Assembly (NCBI GenBank): GCA_036269295.1
Contig: DATASG010000133.1
Span: 1 to 49,225 of the forward strand
Direction: 5' to 3'
Length of the DNA stretch: 49,225 nucleotides
Source: Vicinamibacterales bacterium
GTDB lineage: Bacteria; Acidobacteriota; Vicinamibacteria; Vicinamibacterales; CAVVIG01
A program made the position numbers and the translations under genes. Below the pieces are notes generated by a model. The model saw only the letters and a list, made by a program, of their open reading frames with translations, made no database searches and was not told the origin of the DNA. Of the stretch, positions 17,061 to 25,455 are shown one piece after another (the first letter of the stretch is position 1; each line of letters opens with the position of its first letter).

Positions 17061-18563
17061 TTAGCCTACCTCGACACGCTCGTGGTGCGCGGCGATGTGC
17101 ACCGGCCACTGTTTCTCGGCGGTGATCCGCGCCGCGAGCGCGGCGAGGGCGACCGGGTCGCCGTGAACCAGGTAGGTCATGGTCGGAGGACGGGTGAACC
17201 CGGTCAGCCAGCGCATGCTCTCGCTGTAGTCGGCGTGCGCCGACATCGAGTCGATGCGTTCGACGTGTGCGGCCACGGGGTAAATGCGGCCGAGCAGCTT
17301 GATCTCCTTCGCGCCGTCGACCAGCAGCCGTCCGCGTGTGCCCGCGGCCTGGTAGCCGACGAACATCACCGTGTGCTTCGGGTTGGAGATCGTCGCGGCG
17401 AGGTGACGCAAGACTCGGCCGCCGGTTGCCATCCCGCTGGCCGCGATCACGATCGCGGGCTGCCGTGAGGCGACGAGGTCAGCAGACTGCTGCGGCGAGG
17501 CGATCGTCGTCATGCGCGTGGTGGCAAACGCCGACACGTGCCGGATCCCGTCAGGTCTGACCTTCAGGTCAGACCTCAAGGTCTGACCTTCGGATCGCAG
17601 GTCCGCGTCCAGCTCAGCCAGGCGCGATGAATAGAACTGCAATGCGCCGATGGCCATCGGGCTGTCGATGTACACCGGCAGGATCGGGATTCGATTTTCT
17701 GCCTCGAGTCGCTTGAGCCAGTACAGCACTTCTTCAACCCGGCCGATCGCGAAGGACGGGATGATCAGCTTGCCGCCGCGCGCCACCGTGTCGCTGACGA
17801 TCGCGGCGAAACGGGCGCCGTTGTCGTCTGGCTCGTGCAGGCGATCGCCATAAGTAGACTCGAGCAGCAGGACATCGGCCTCGGCGACCGGCGTCGGGTC
17901 AGGCAACACCGGCCGCCCATAGCGTCCCAGGTCGCCGCCAAACAAGATCGTTTTTCCCGCCACGCGGACCCGTGCGTATGCCGAGCCCAACAGATGGCCT
18001 GCGTTGACAAACTCGACGGTTGGCGCAGAACGGGTGCCATCAGGGTCAGACCCGGGTCTGACCCTGCTTTGACCCTCGATCGGCACCGGGCGATCGTAAC
18101 CGACTGGCTGGAGCTGGGTTAGCGTTCGAGCGGCGTCCACTGACGTGAAGAGCGGCAGCGCCGGGGAATGTTTGGTGAACCCGTGACGGTTGGCGTTGCG
18201 GGCGTCCTCTTCCTGGATGTGCGCAGCGTCGGGGAGCACGAGGGAGCACAATTCACGCGTCCCAGGCGTGCAGTAAATGCGTCCACGGAAGCCTGCGGCC
18301 ACCAATCTCGGCAGGTAGCCGCAATGGTCCAGGTGCGCATGGGTCAGGATCACCGCGTCGATGGTAACGGGGTCGATCGGCAGCGGCTCCCAATTGCGCT
18401 CCCGCAGCTCCTTCAGCCCCTGAAAGAGGCCGCAGTCCACCAGAATCCGGCGGCCATCAATCTCCAGCAGGTGTTTCGATCCGGTCACGGTGCCCGCCGC
18501 ACCAAGGAAGGTCAGGAAGAGTGACGGGCTCGCCAAGGCTACAGGATATCGGATGCCGGGCAC
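17061..18563 (-). CDS. MBL-fold beta-CASP family hydrolase (RNA-metabolising metallo-beta-lactamase type)
   Basis: Motifs are FLGAAGTVTGSKHLL, the HxHxDH motif THAHLDHCGYLP and a C-terminal beta-CASP-like region ending in SAHAD. The exact start is uncertain. Confidence 0.87.
   Translation of the reverse strand: MPGIRYPVALASPSLFLTFLGAAGTVTGSKHLLEIDGRRILVDCGLFQGLKELRERNWEPLPIDPVTIDAVILTHAHLDHCGYLPRLVAAGFRGRIYCTPGTRELCSLVLPDAAHIQEEDARNANRHGFTKHSPALPLFTSVDAARTLTQLQPVGYDRPVPIEGQSRVRPGSDPDGTRSAPTVEFVNAGHLLGSAYARVRVAGKTILFGGDLGRYGRPVLPDPTPVAEADVLLLESTYGDRLHEPDDNGARFAAIVSDTVARGGKLIIPSFAIGRVEEVLYWLKRLEAENRIPILPVYIDSPMAIGALQFYSSRLAELDADLRSEGQTLRSDLKVRPDGIRHVSAFATTRMTTIASPQQSADLVASRQPAIVIAASGMATGGRVLRHLAATISNPKHTVMFVGYQAAGTRGRLLVDGAKEIKLLGRIYPVAAHVERIDSMSAHADYSESMRWLTGFTRPPTMTYLVHGDPVALAALAARITAEKQWPVHIAAHHERVEVG
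17553..17589. repeat. three alternating-orientation copies of AGGTCTGACCT / AGGTCAGACCT (13-bp period) inside the beta-CASP gene
   Basis: Copies are at 17553-17563, 17566-17576 and 17579-17589. They are in frame and encode EGQTLRSDLKVRPD. Confidence 0.85.
18041..18066. repeat. perfect 26-bp palindrome CAGGGTCAGACCCGGGTCTGACCCTG inside the beta-CASP gene
   Basis: Read directly. It is in frame and encodes RVRPGSDP. It shares the GGTCAGACC/GGTCTGACC core with 17553-17589. Confidence 0.9.
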
Positions 18564-18709
18564 GCCAGTCCCGTGACATTCGCAGACATATCGGCGACCT
18601 CGACCGCCCTGCAGTTGACGGTTGAATCGAGGCGCTTCTACGCGGTATCGTGTGCGCGACTAATCCCTCTCTCTCCGGTCGGTTCACGGCCCGACGAGGT
18701 GATCCTGCA

Positions 18710-19342
18710 ATGGACGATAACAAGATGCCGGTAGAAACTTCAGAATCAGTGTCGCGACGCGGCTTCATCAAAGGCGTCATCGCGGCAGGCGCGGTCGCCT
18801 CATCATCCGCGTACTTGTTCCACTCGGCGCCGCTGCACGGACAGCCGTCCGAGCCGGGCTCGGTAGAGCGCCTCATCACGTTGAACGTGAACGGTCAAGA
18901 CCGTCGCGTCGACGTGATGAAGCAGGAAACGCTGGCGATGACGCTCCGCTACAAGCTGGGGCTCACCGGAACCAAGCTTGGATGCGACCGCGCGGAGTGC
19001 GGCGCGTGCACGGTCCTCATAGACGATGTGCCGCACTATTCGTGCTCGGTGCTCACGCACACGACGCGCGGCAAGAAGGTCCAGACGATCGAAGGGCTTG
19101 CCGATCCCGTCACCGGCAAGCTGAGCGCCGTCCAGCAGGGCGTCATCGACGAACAGGGCTTCCAGTGCGCGTTCTGCATGCCCGGCTTCGTCATGGCCAC
19201 CACCGGCTATCTGAAGACGAACCCGAACCCGACGCGCCAGGAGCTGGCGCACGGTGTCTCAGGCAATCTGTGCCGCTGCCAGGATTACGACAAGATTCTC
19301 ACCGCACTGATGAAGGGCGCCGAGCACATGAGGAACGCGTGA
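18710..19342 (+). CDS. Tat-signal [2Fe-2S] small subunit of a xanthine dehydrogenase/aldehyde oxidoreductase-family enzyme (PaoA-like)
   Basis: The twin-arginine motif is SRRGFIKGVIAAGAVA. The two FeS cysteine clusters are GCDRAECGACTV and FQCAFCMPG...CRCQ. The start at ATG 18710 has GAGG upstream. Confidence 0.9.
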   Translation: MDDNKMPVETSESVSRRGFIKGVIAAGAVASSSAYLFHSAPLHGQPSEPGSVERLITLNVNGQDRRVDVMKQETLAMTLRYKLGLTGTKLGCDRAECGACTVLIDDVPHYSCSVLTHTTRGKKVQTIEGLADPVTGKLSAVQQGVIDEQGFQCAFCMPGFVMATTGYLKTNPNPTRQELAHGVSGNLCRCQDYDKILTALMKGAEHMRNA

Positions 19343-22089
19343 TGGCTGACACTAAACTCGTCGGCCAGAACTACACCACCCCCGATCTGGTCGCCAAGGT
19401 CACCGGCAAAGCGAAATACGCCGAGGACTACCGCATCGAAGGGATGCTGTTCGCGAAGCTGCTCGTCAGCCCGCATCCGCACGCGAAGGTGCGGCGTCTT
19501 GACACCAGCGCCGCGCTGGCGATGCCTGGCGTCAAGGCGATCCTCACCGCCGACGACATGCCCGGCGCCGCCGTCGGCGCAACGCTGGGCGAAGGCGTGC
19601 AAGCGAGCGCGCAGGCCGAGCGCGGCCTGACCAACGAACCGCTCTATCAAGGTGAACCGATCCTCGCGGTCGCCGCGGTCGACGAACTCACCGCGGCGCT
19701 GGCCATCGAAGCCATCGTCATCGAGTTCGAGGCGCTCCCGTTTGTGGTCGATCCGATCGAGAGCCTGCGGCCCGGCGGACCGAACGCGCGGACACAGGGC
19801 AACGTGTGGATGCGGCCGACCGCGCCACCGGCGGCGCCCGGCGCCCGCGGTCCCGCCAACAGTGCGGCCGGCGCGTCGGCGGCGGCAGCCGCGCAAGTAC
19901 CCGCGGGCGCTCCAGCTGCGGCCGGCGCCGCGGGTGCAGGTCGCGCCGCGGCAGCTGACGCACCCGCGCGTCCCGGCGCGGGAGCGCCCGGCGCCTCGGG
20001 CGCGGCACCAGCTGCGGCGGCCGGTGCAGCGGCAGGCGCCGCCGCCGGCGCGGCTCCCGGCGCAGCGGCACGCGGACGCGGTGGCCGCGGCGCGGCCGCC
20101 GGCGCCCCCGCGCCGCCGCAGATCGCGGTCTGGAAATGGACCGACGAGGACTTCGCCAGCGCCGGCCCGAACCAGATGCCGATGGGCAAGGCGACCGACG
20201 AGTGGGTCTTCGGCAACATCGACGAGGGGTTCAAGAAGGCCGATCTCGTCCTCGACGAAACGTTCATGACGCAGTCGACTGGCCACCAGCCGCTCGAAAC
20301 GCGCACGGCGATGGCCTACTGGCAGAACGGCAAGCTGTTCCTGCACGGCTCAACGCAGAGCACGGTGCAGACGGTCGCCGCGGTCGCGCGCTGGACCGGG
20401 CTCACCCCGGACAAGGTCGTGATCATCAGCGAGTACACGGGCGGCGGCTTCGGCAGCAAGATCCCCGGCGCCATCTCGATGGCGATTCCGGCGCTGCTCT
20501 CGAAAAAGGCCAACGCGCCGGTGATGATGCGGATCACGCGCGAGGACGAGCACTTCATCGGCCGGGCGCGCCCGGGCATCCTGGCGCGGGTCAAGCTCGG
20601 CATGCGCAAGGACGGCCGCATCACCGCGATCGACATGTACGCGATCTGCGACAACGGCCCCTACGACGCGCAGGGCGACGGACGCTCGGCCGGCACGACG
20701 ATCTCGCTCGCCTACCAGCCGGAGACGATGCGATGGCGCGGGCTCACGGTGCTGACCAACACGCCGCCGAAAACATCGCAGCGCGCGCCGGGCGGCGCAC
20801 AGGGCATCGGCCTGTTCGAGCCGATCCTTTCGAAGGCGGCGAAGAAGCTCGGCCTCGATCAGGTCGCGGTGCGCCGGATCAACGCGCCCGCCGGCCACGC
20901 GCCGTTCGGACCGGCGCTGCCCAACGGTAAGCAGGCGTACGTGACGAGCGCGTTCGTCAAGGAAGCGCTCGACAAAGGGCACGAGCTGTTCCAATGGGAC
21001 GTGAAGAAGGCGTCCTACAGCGGCAAGAAGCAGGGCACGCTCGCGCGTGGCATCGGCGTGGCGGTCAGTCCGTACTCAGGCGGCTCGATCGGCTTCGACG
21101 GTCTCTTCATCATCAAGCCGGACGGGCGGATCACGTTCCAGTCGGGCATCGGCAACCACGGCACGCACTCGGCGTTCGACGTCCACCGGCAGGCGGCGGA
21201 AATGCTCGGCGTCGCGTGGGAGCAGTGCGACGTCGTCTTCGGCAGCACGGCGAAGAACCTTCCGTGGACGTGCATCTCTGCCGGCAGCCAGACCGCGCAC
21301 GCGATGACGCGCGCGGCGCACGCGGCGGCGACCGACGCAATCAAGAAGCTGCAGGAGATCGCGGCCAAGGCGCACGGCGGCAAGCCCGAGGCGTACAAAG
21401 TGGCCGGCGGCAAGGTCTCCGGACCCGGCGGCAGCATGACGCTGGCGCAGGCGGCGCAGAAGGCGATCGAGTACGGCGGGAAGTTCGACGGCCACGAACT
21501 GCCGGAGGACATCAACAACTTCACCAAGACGTCGGCGAAGAACCTGGTCGGCCAAGGGCTGATGGGCGTCGGCAAGGACGCGTATCCGCGCGACGGCCAG
21601 TCGCAGTCTTTCGTCGTCGGCTTCGCCGAAGTCGAAGTGGACACCGAGACGGGCGTCGTCAAGGTGATCGACTACACGGCGATCGCCGACGTCGGCACGG
21701 TCCTCAACCCGCGCGGCCTGAAGGGACAGCTCTTCGGCGGCTCGATGCTGGGGCTCGGCCACGCCAGGACGCAGCGCTGGGCCTATGACCAGCATTACGG
21801 CGTCGCGCTGGCGCGCCGCTTCTACCAGAACAAGCCGCCGACGATTCTCGACGCGCCGATGAGCTTCACCGGCGAAGCGGTCGGCATTCCGGATCCGGAG
21901 ACGCCGACAGGGATTCGCGGCGTCGGCGAACCGCCGGTCGGTGCCGCCTACGGCGCGATCATGAACGCGATCGCGGACGCAGTCGGCGACGAGATCTTCC
22001 GGAAGGCGCCGGTTTCACTCGACATCATTCTGGCGGCGCTCGACAATGGCGGCCAGCGGACGCATGAAGCGCTGACGGCGCACGTTTAG
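19342..22089 (+). CDS. molybdopterin-binding large subunit of a xanthine dehydrogenase/aldehyde oxidoreductase-family enzyme (PaoC-like)
   Basis: Start at MADTKLVGQNYTTPDLVAKVTGKAKYAEDY, with the ATG overlapping the upstream TGA by 1 nt. It is homologous along its length to the 711-aa paralogue at 32509-34644, except for an insertion at 19816-20118. Confidence 0.9.
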   Translation: MADTKLVGQNYTTPDLVAKVTGKAKYAEDYRIEGMLFAKLLVSPHPHAKVRRLDTSAALAMPGVKAILTADDMPGAAVGATLGEGVQASAQAERGLTNEPLYQGEPILAVAAVDELTAALAIEAIVIEFEALPFVVDPIESLRPGGPNARTQGNVWMRPTAPPAAPGARGPANSAAGASAAAAAQVPAGAPAAAGAAGAGRAAAADAPARPGAGAPGASGAAPAAAAGAAAGAAAGAAPGAAARGRGGRGAAAGAPAPPQIAVWKWTDEDFASAGPNQMPMGKATDEWVFGNIDEGFKKADLVLDETFMTQSTGHQPLETRTAMAYWQNGKLFLHGSTQSTVQTVAAVARWTGLTPDKVVIISEYTGGGFGSKIPGAISMAIPALLSKKANAPVMMRITREDEHFIGRARPGILARVKLGMRKDGRITAIDMYAICDNGPYDAQGDGRSAGTTISLAYQPETMRWRGLTVLTNTPPKTSQRAPGGAQGIGLFEPILSKAAKKLGLDQVAVRRINAPAGHAPFGPALPNGKQAYVTSAFVKEALDKGHELFQWDVKKASYSGKKQGTLARGIGVAVSPYSGGSIGFDGLFIIKPDGRITFQSGIGNHGTHSAFDVHRQAAEMLGVAWEQCDVVFGSTAKNLPWTCISAGSQTAHAMTRAAHAAATDAIKKLQEIAAKAHGGKPEAYKVAGGKVSGPGGSMTLAQAAQKAIEYGGKFDGHELPEDINNFTKTSAKNLVGQGLMGVGKDAYPRDGQSQSFVVGFAEVEVDTETGVVKVIDYTAIADVGTVLNPRGLKGQLFGGSMLGLGHARTQRWAYDQHYGVALARRFYQNKPPTILDAPMSFTGEAVGIPDPETPTGIRGVGEPPVGAAYGAIMNAIADAVGDEIFRKAPVSLDIILAALDNGGQRTHEALTAHV

Positions 22090-22125
22090 GAAATGCAAAT
22101 TAGCACTCTCGATGAGGACTAAATT

Positions 22126-23142
22126 ATGGCGGTAATTCGCGACGTGATGCCGGTGTTCGAGCTCTATCAGCCCGCGAGCATCGATGATGCGATCAAGCTC
22201 CTCGACAAGCATGGCGCCGACGCGCTGGTGCTGGCCGGCGGCCTCGACAGCATGGACTGGCTCAAGGATCGTCTGAAGAAGCCGAAGGCGGTGGTGGATC
22301 TCGGGCAGATCAAGGAGCTCAAAGGCATCAAGGAAGTCAACGGCGGGATCGAGATCGGCGCGATGACACCGCTCACGGAAGTCGTCAAACATCCAGTGGT
22401 GCGCGAAAAATTCAGCCTGCTGATGGAAGCGGCGGAGCTGGTCGCGTCGCCGCAGATCCGGAACCAGGGGACGCTCGGCGGCAACGTGTCGCAGGACACG
22501 CGCTGCTGGTACTACCGCGGCGGCTGGACCTGCTACCGCGCCGGCGGCAACATCTGCTACGCCGACACGCCGACTTCGGTGAACCGCGAGCACGCGATCT
22601 TCGAGGCGGACCGTTGCGTCGCGGTCAACCCGTCGGACACCGCCCCGGCGCTGGTCGCGCTGGACGCGTCGATGGTGATCCGCGGACCGAAGGGCGAGCG
22701 TGTCATCCCGGCCGAGGAGTACTGGATCGGCCCCGGGATCGACATCACGCGCATGAACGTGCTGCAGCCGAACGAGCTGCTCACCGCGATCCGCATCCCG
22801 TCGACGATGGCCGGCGCGCAGTTCTATTTCGAGAAGGTGCGCGATCGCCAGGTGTGGGACTTCCCGCTGGTCAACGTCGCCTCGGCGATGGTGGTGTCGG
22901 GCGACAAGATCGACAAGATCCGCCTGGTGGTCAACGCCGTGGCGGCGACGCCGCACCGGCTCAAGAACGTCGAGACGGCGATCATCGGCAAGGCGCGCAG
23001 CGAGGAGACGGCGGACATGGCGGGCAAGATGGCGGTCGACGGCGCCCAGACGCTGCGCCACAACGCCTACAAAGTACCGTTGATGCGGAATCTCGTGAAG
23101 CGCGCGATTCGCGGAGGAACGGGACAGACATGGACCTCCTAA
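22126..23142 (+). CDS. FAD-binding subunit (CO dehydrogenase flavoprotein / PaoB-like)
   Basis: 338 aa with the N-terminus FELYQPASIDDAIKLLDKHGADALVLAGGLD and RNQGTLGGN. Confidence 0.9.
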   Translation: MAVIRDVMPVFELYQPASIDDAIKLLDKHGADALVLAGGLDSMDWLKDRLKKPKAVVDLGQIKELKGIKEVNGGIEIGAMTPLTEVVKHPVVREKFSLLMEAAELVASPQIRNQGTLGGNVSQDTRCWYYRGGWTCYRAGGNICYADTPTSVNREHAIFEADRCVAVNPSDTAPALVALDASMVIRGPKGERVIPAEEYWIGPGIDITRMNVLQPNELLTAIRIPSTMAGAQFYFEKVRDRQVWDFPLVNVASAMVVSGDKIDKIRLVVNAVAATPHRLKNVETAIIGKARSEETADMAGKMAVDGAQTLRHNAYKVPLMRNLVKRAIRGGTGQTWTS

Positions 23143-23984
23143 GGTGGGGACGCAGTCCCTGGGGTGAGTGGGTTCTCACCCACGTCTCCTGGAGCCTGTT
23201 CTGGGCGTCGCTGTTCGCGGGTGTGCTGTTCTTCGTCGCGCACGCCAGCTACATGCTCTTCTCGGCGCACCGCAAACGGTCCTCGGTTGAGACCGACGCG
23301 CTCGAGGCCCAGTACAAGAACCTGCCGCCGACGATCGAGCGGCACGGGCTCACGGCACGGCTCTTCCACTGGGTGATGGCGGCGGCGATGTTCACGCTGT
23401 TGTTCACGGCGTTCTTGCCAATTGCCGGGATCAAGTTCGCCTGGGTGCAGTGGCACTGGATGGCGGGGCTGGTGCTCATCGCCTCGATCCTCTTCCACAT
23501 CGTCCACGCCACCTTCTTCCTGGACTTCTGGTCCATCTGGGTGGGGCCGAAGGACATCCCGGAGCTGAAGGCGGAGATGCTACGCGAGTTCGGGCATGAC
23601 GTGCCCGGTCCGAAGTCAGGCAAGTACCCGCTCGGCAACCGCCTCTATCACCTGGCGATCGTGTTCGCGGGGCTCGGGGCCTCGATCACCGGCGCGCTGA
23701 TGATTCCGCGCATCCGCACCGGGCTGGTGGCGCGCAATCCGTATTACCTGAGCGATGCGACCTGGGGCATCACCTACGTGACGCACGGCCTGGCCGGTGT
23801 CGGCTTGGTCGGCCTGGTCATCGCGCACGTCTACTTCGCGGTCCGCCCGGAAAAATGGTGGATTACGAAGTCGATGATCCTCGGCTGGATCACGCGCCGC
23901 CAGTACCTGGAGCATCACGAGCCGAGCCGCTGGCCGGTCGTCGGGCAGAAGGGGTCGAGCGCGAAGCCGGCCAGCCACGCGTGA
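23130..23984 (+). CDS. integral-membrane b-type cytochrome (FdnI / Ni-Fe hydrogenase cytochrome b-like)
   Basis: 284 aa with about 5 hydrophobic helices. Histidines lie within helices (RLFHWVMAAAMF, FHIVHATFF, LYHLAIVF, VIAHVYFAV). The ATG overlaps the FAD-subunit gene by 13 nt. Confidence 0.78.
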   Translation: MDLLRWGRSPWGEWVLTHVSWSLFWASLFAGVLFFVAHASYMLFSAHRKRSSVETDALEAQYKNLPPTIERHGLTARLFHWVMAAAMFTLLFTAFLPIAGIKFAWVQWHWMAGLVLIASILFHIVHATFFLDFWSIWVGPKDIPELKAEMLREFGHDVPGPKSGKYPLGNRLYHLAIVFAGLGASITGALMIPRIRTGLVARNPYYLSDATWGITYVTHGLAGVGLVGLVIAHVYFAVRPEKWWITKSMILGWITRRQYLEHHEPSRWPVVGQKGSSAKPASHA

Positions 23985-24391
23985 GCACGGCGGAAGCAGC
24001 CGCCGAGCTTGGCTCGCGCATCAACATCATCGAGGAGGCGTACGAGTTCATGCTCGCGTACGCGTCCCAGGGGCTCTCCACCGATCAGGGCAACGACACC
24101 GGCCGCCAGGCGCGCGAGTACCTGAAGCGCTGCGACGCGGCGATGAGCGGCCTGCCCGGCGTCTTCACGCGCTACGTCGAACAAGAGTCGTTGCAGCCGA
24201 CCGCTCCGTACGACGCCTTCATCGCGGTGATCGAGCGCGACGTCAAGCACTCGCAGGCGGCGCTCCAGCTCGTGCTGGCGCAGCCGGCGATCAGCTCGCA
24301 GATGGTCGACAACCTGAACGCGTCGATCCACCTGCGCGCGCTCCTCACCGACCTCTTCCTCATCGACGAAGTCTTCAAGAACAGACGATAG
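23981..24391 (+). CDS. hypothetical 136-aa protein, predicted all-helical
   Basis: The GTG start overlaps the cytochrome b stop as GTGA. GC3 is high across the ORF. I recognise no family motif. Confidence 0.6.
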   Translation: MSTAEAAAELGSRINIIEEAYEFMLAYASQGLSTDQGNDTGRQAREYLKRCDAAMSGLPGVFTRYVEQESLQPTAPYDAFIAVIERDVKHSQAALQLVLAQPAISSQMVDNLNASIHLRALLTDLFLIDEVFKNRR

Positions 24392-24401
24392 CGCTCGGCA
24401 G

Positions 24402-25382
24402 TCAGGCGAACAAGCCAACCTGCCCGCCGGTGTGCCAGAACAACACCTTCTGGTCGTCGCTGAATCTCTGCTGGCGAACGTAGGCGATGAGGCCGGCCAT
24501 GGCCTTGGCGGTGTAGGTGGGATCCAGGAACACGGCCTCGGTCCTGGCCGCGAGTTGCAGCGCCTCGCCTGATTCGTCGGTCGGGATGCCGTAGCCGTCG
24601 CCGACGAAGCGATCGTCGACCTCGACGGCGGTGCCGCGGGCGAGGCTCGCGGGATCGAGGTCGAGCAGCTCGGCGATGCCACCAATGATGGCGTGCACCT
24701 GCGTTTGCAGCGACGCCGCGCGATCGTCGGCGCTGATGCCGACCACCCGCGTGTGCAGCTCGAGCAGGCGGCAACCGGCGACGAGTCCAGCCTGCGTACC
24801 ACCGGACGAGGTCGAGTGGACGATGACGTCGGGCGCGCCCATCTGATCGACGAGCTCGGCCACCGCGAGAACGAATCCGAGCGCGCCGAGCGGCGTCGAC
24901 GCCCCGATCGGAATCGTGTACGGCCGCCGGCCTTCACCGCGCAGTCGGTCGGCCACCTGCCGCATCATCGGCGTGCGATCGTCGCGAGACCGGACATACA
25001 CGACCTCGGCACCCAGCAGCTTGTCGAGGAGCGCGTTGGCGGTCAGCGGGGCCGGCGGTTCGCCGTTCGCGACCAGCACCGCGCGCAAGCCGAGCTTGGC
25101 TGCCGCCGCCGCGGTCGCGCGCGCATGGTTCGACTGGACGCCTCCGGCCGTGATCAGTGTGTCGGCGCCGTCGCTCACGGCCCGCGCCGCGACCAGCGCG
25201 AGCTTGCGAACCTTGTTGCCGCCGAACCCGAACGGGATTGCGTCATCACGCTTGATGAACAGAGACGGGCCGCCGGCAAGTAACCGCGACAGGCCGGGCA
25301 TCGGATCGATCGGCGTCGGCGCCGTCACGAACGGCAGCGATGGAAGGCGCGCCAGCCGCTGGCGCAGCGCGGTGGTAGTCAC
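24402..25382 (-). CDS. PLP-dependent D-cysteine desulfhydrase / ACC deaminase-family enzyme
   Basis: 326 aa with LFIKRDDAIPFGFGGNKVRKLALV and GGVQSNHARATA. The start is GTG. Confidence 0.9.
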   Translation of the reverse strand: MTTTALRQRLARLPSLPFVTAPTPIDPMPGLSRLLAGGPSLFIKRDDAIPFGFGGNKVRKLALVAARAVSDGADTLITAGGVQSNHARATAAAAAKLGLRAVLVANGEPPAPLTANALLDKLLGAEVVYVRSRDDRTPMMRQVADRLRGEGRRPYTIPIGASTPLGALGFVLAVAELVDQMGAPDVIVHSTSSGGTQAGLVAGCRLLELHTRVVGISADDRAASLQTQVHAIIGGIAELLDLDPASLARGTAVEVDDRFVGDGYGIPTDESGEALQLAARTEAVFLDPTYTAKAMAGLIAYVRQQRFSDDQKVLFWHTGGQVGLFA

Positions 25383-25455
25383 GGGACGGTATAGTAAGTC
25401 ACCGGACAGCGGGCGTGGTGCGCGTCAAGCTTGTCGACAAAGCGGGAGTGACGGC

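Noticed and set aside
17542-17596. CGGATC direct repeats flanking the 17553-17589 repeat, read as a target-site duplication of a mobile miniature element
   Set aside because: The repeat-to-repeat distance is 49 nt, which is not a multiple of 3. A simple insertion with a 6-bp duplication would therefore have broken the reading frame, yet the frame is intact. A 6-bp match is also weak evidence.
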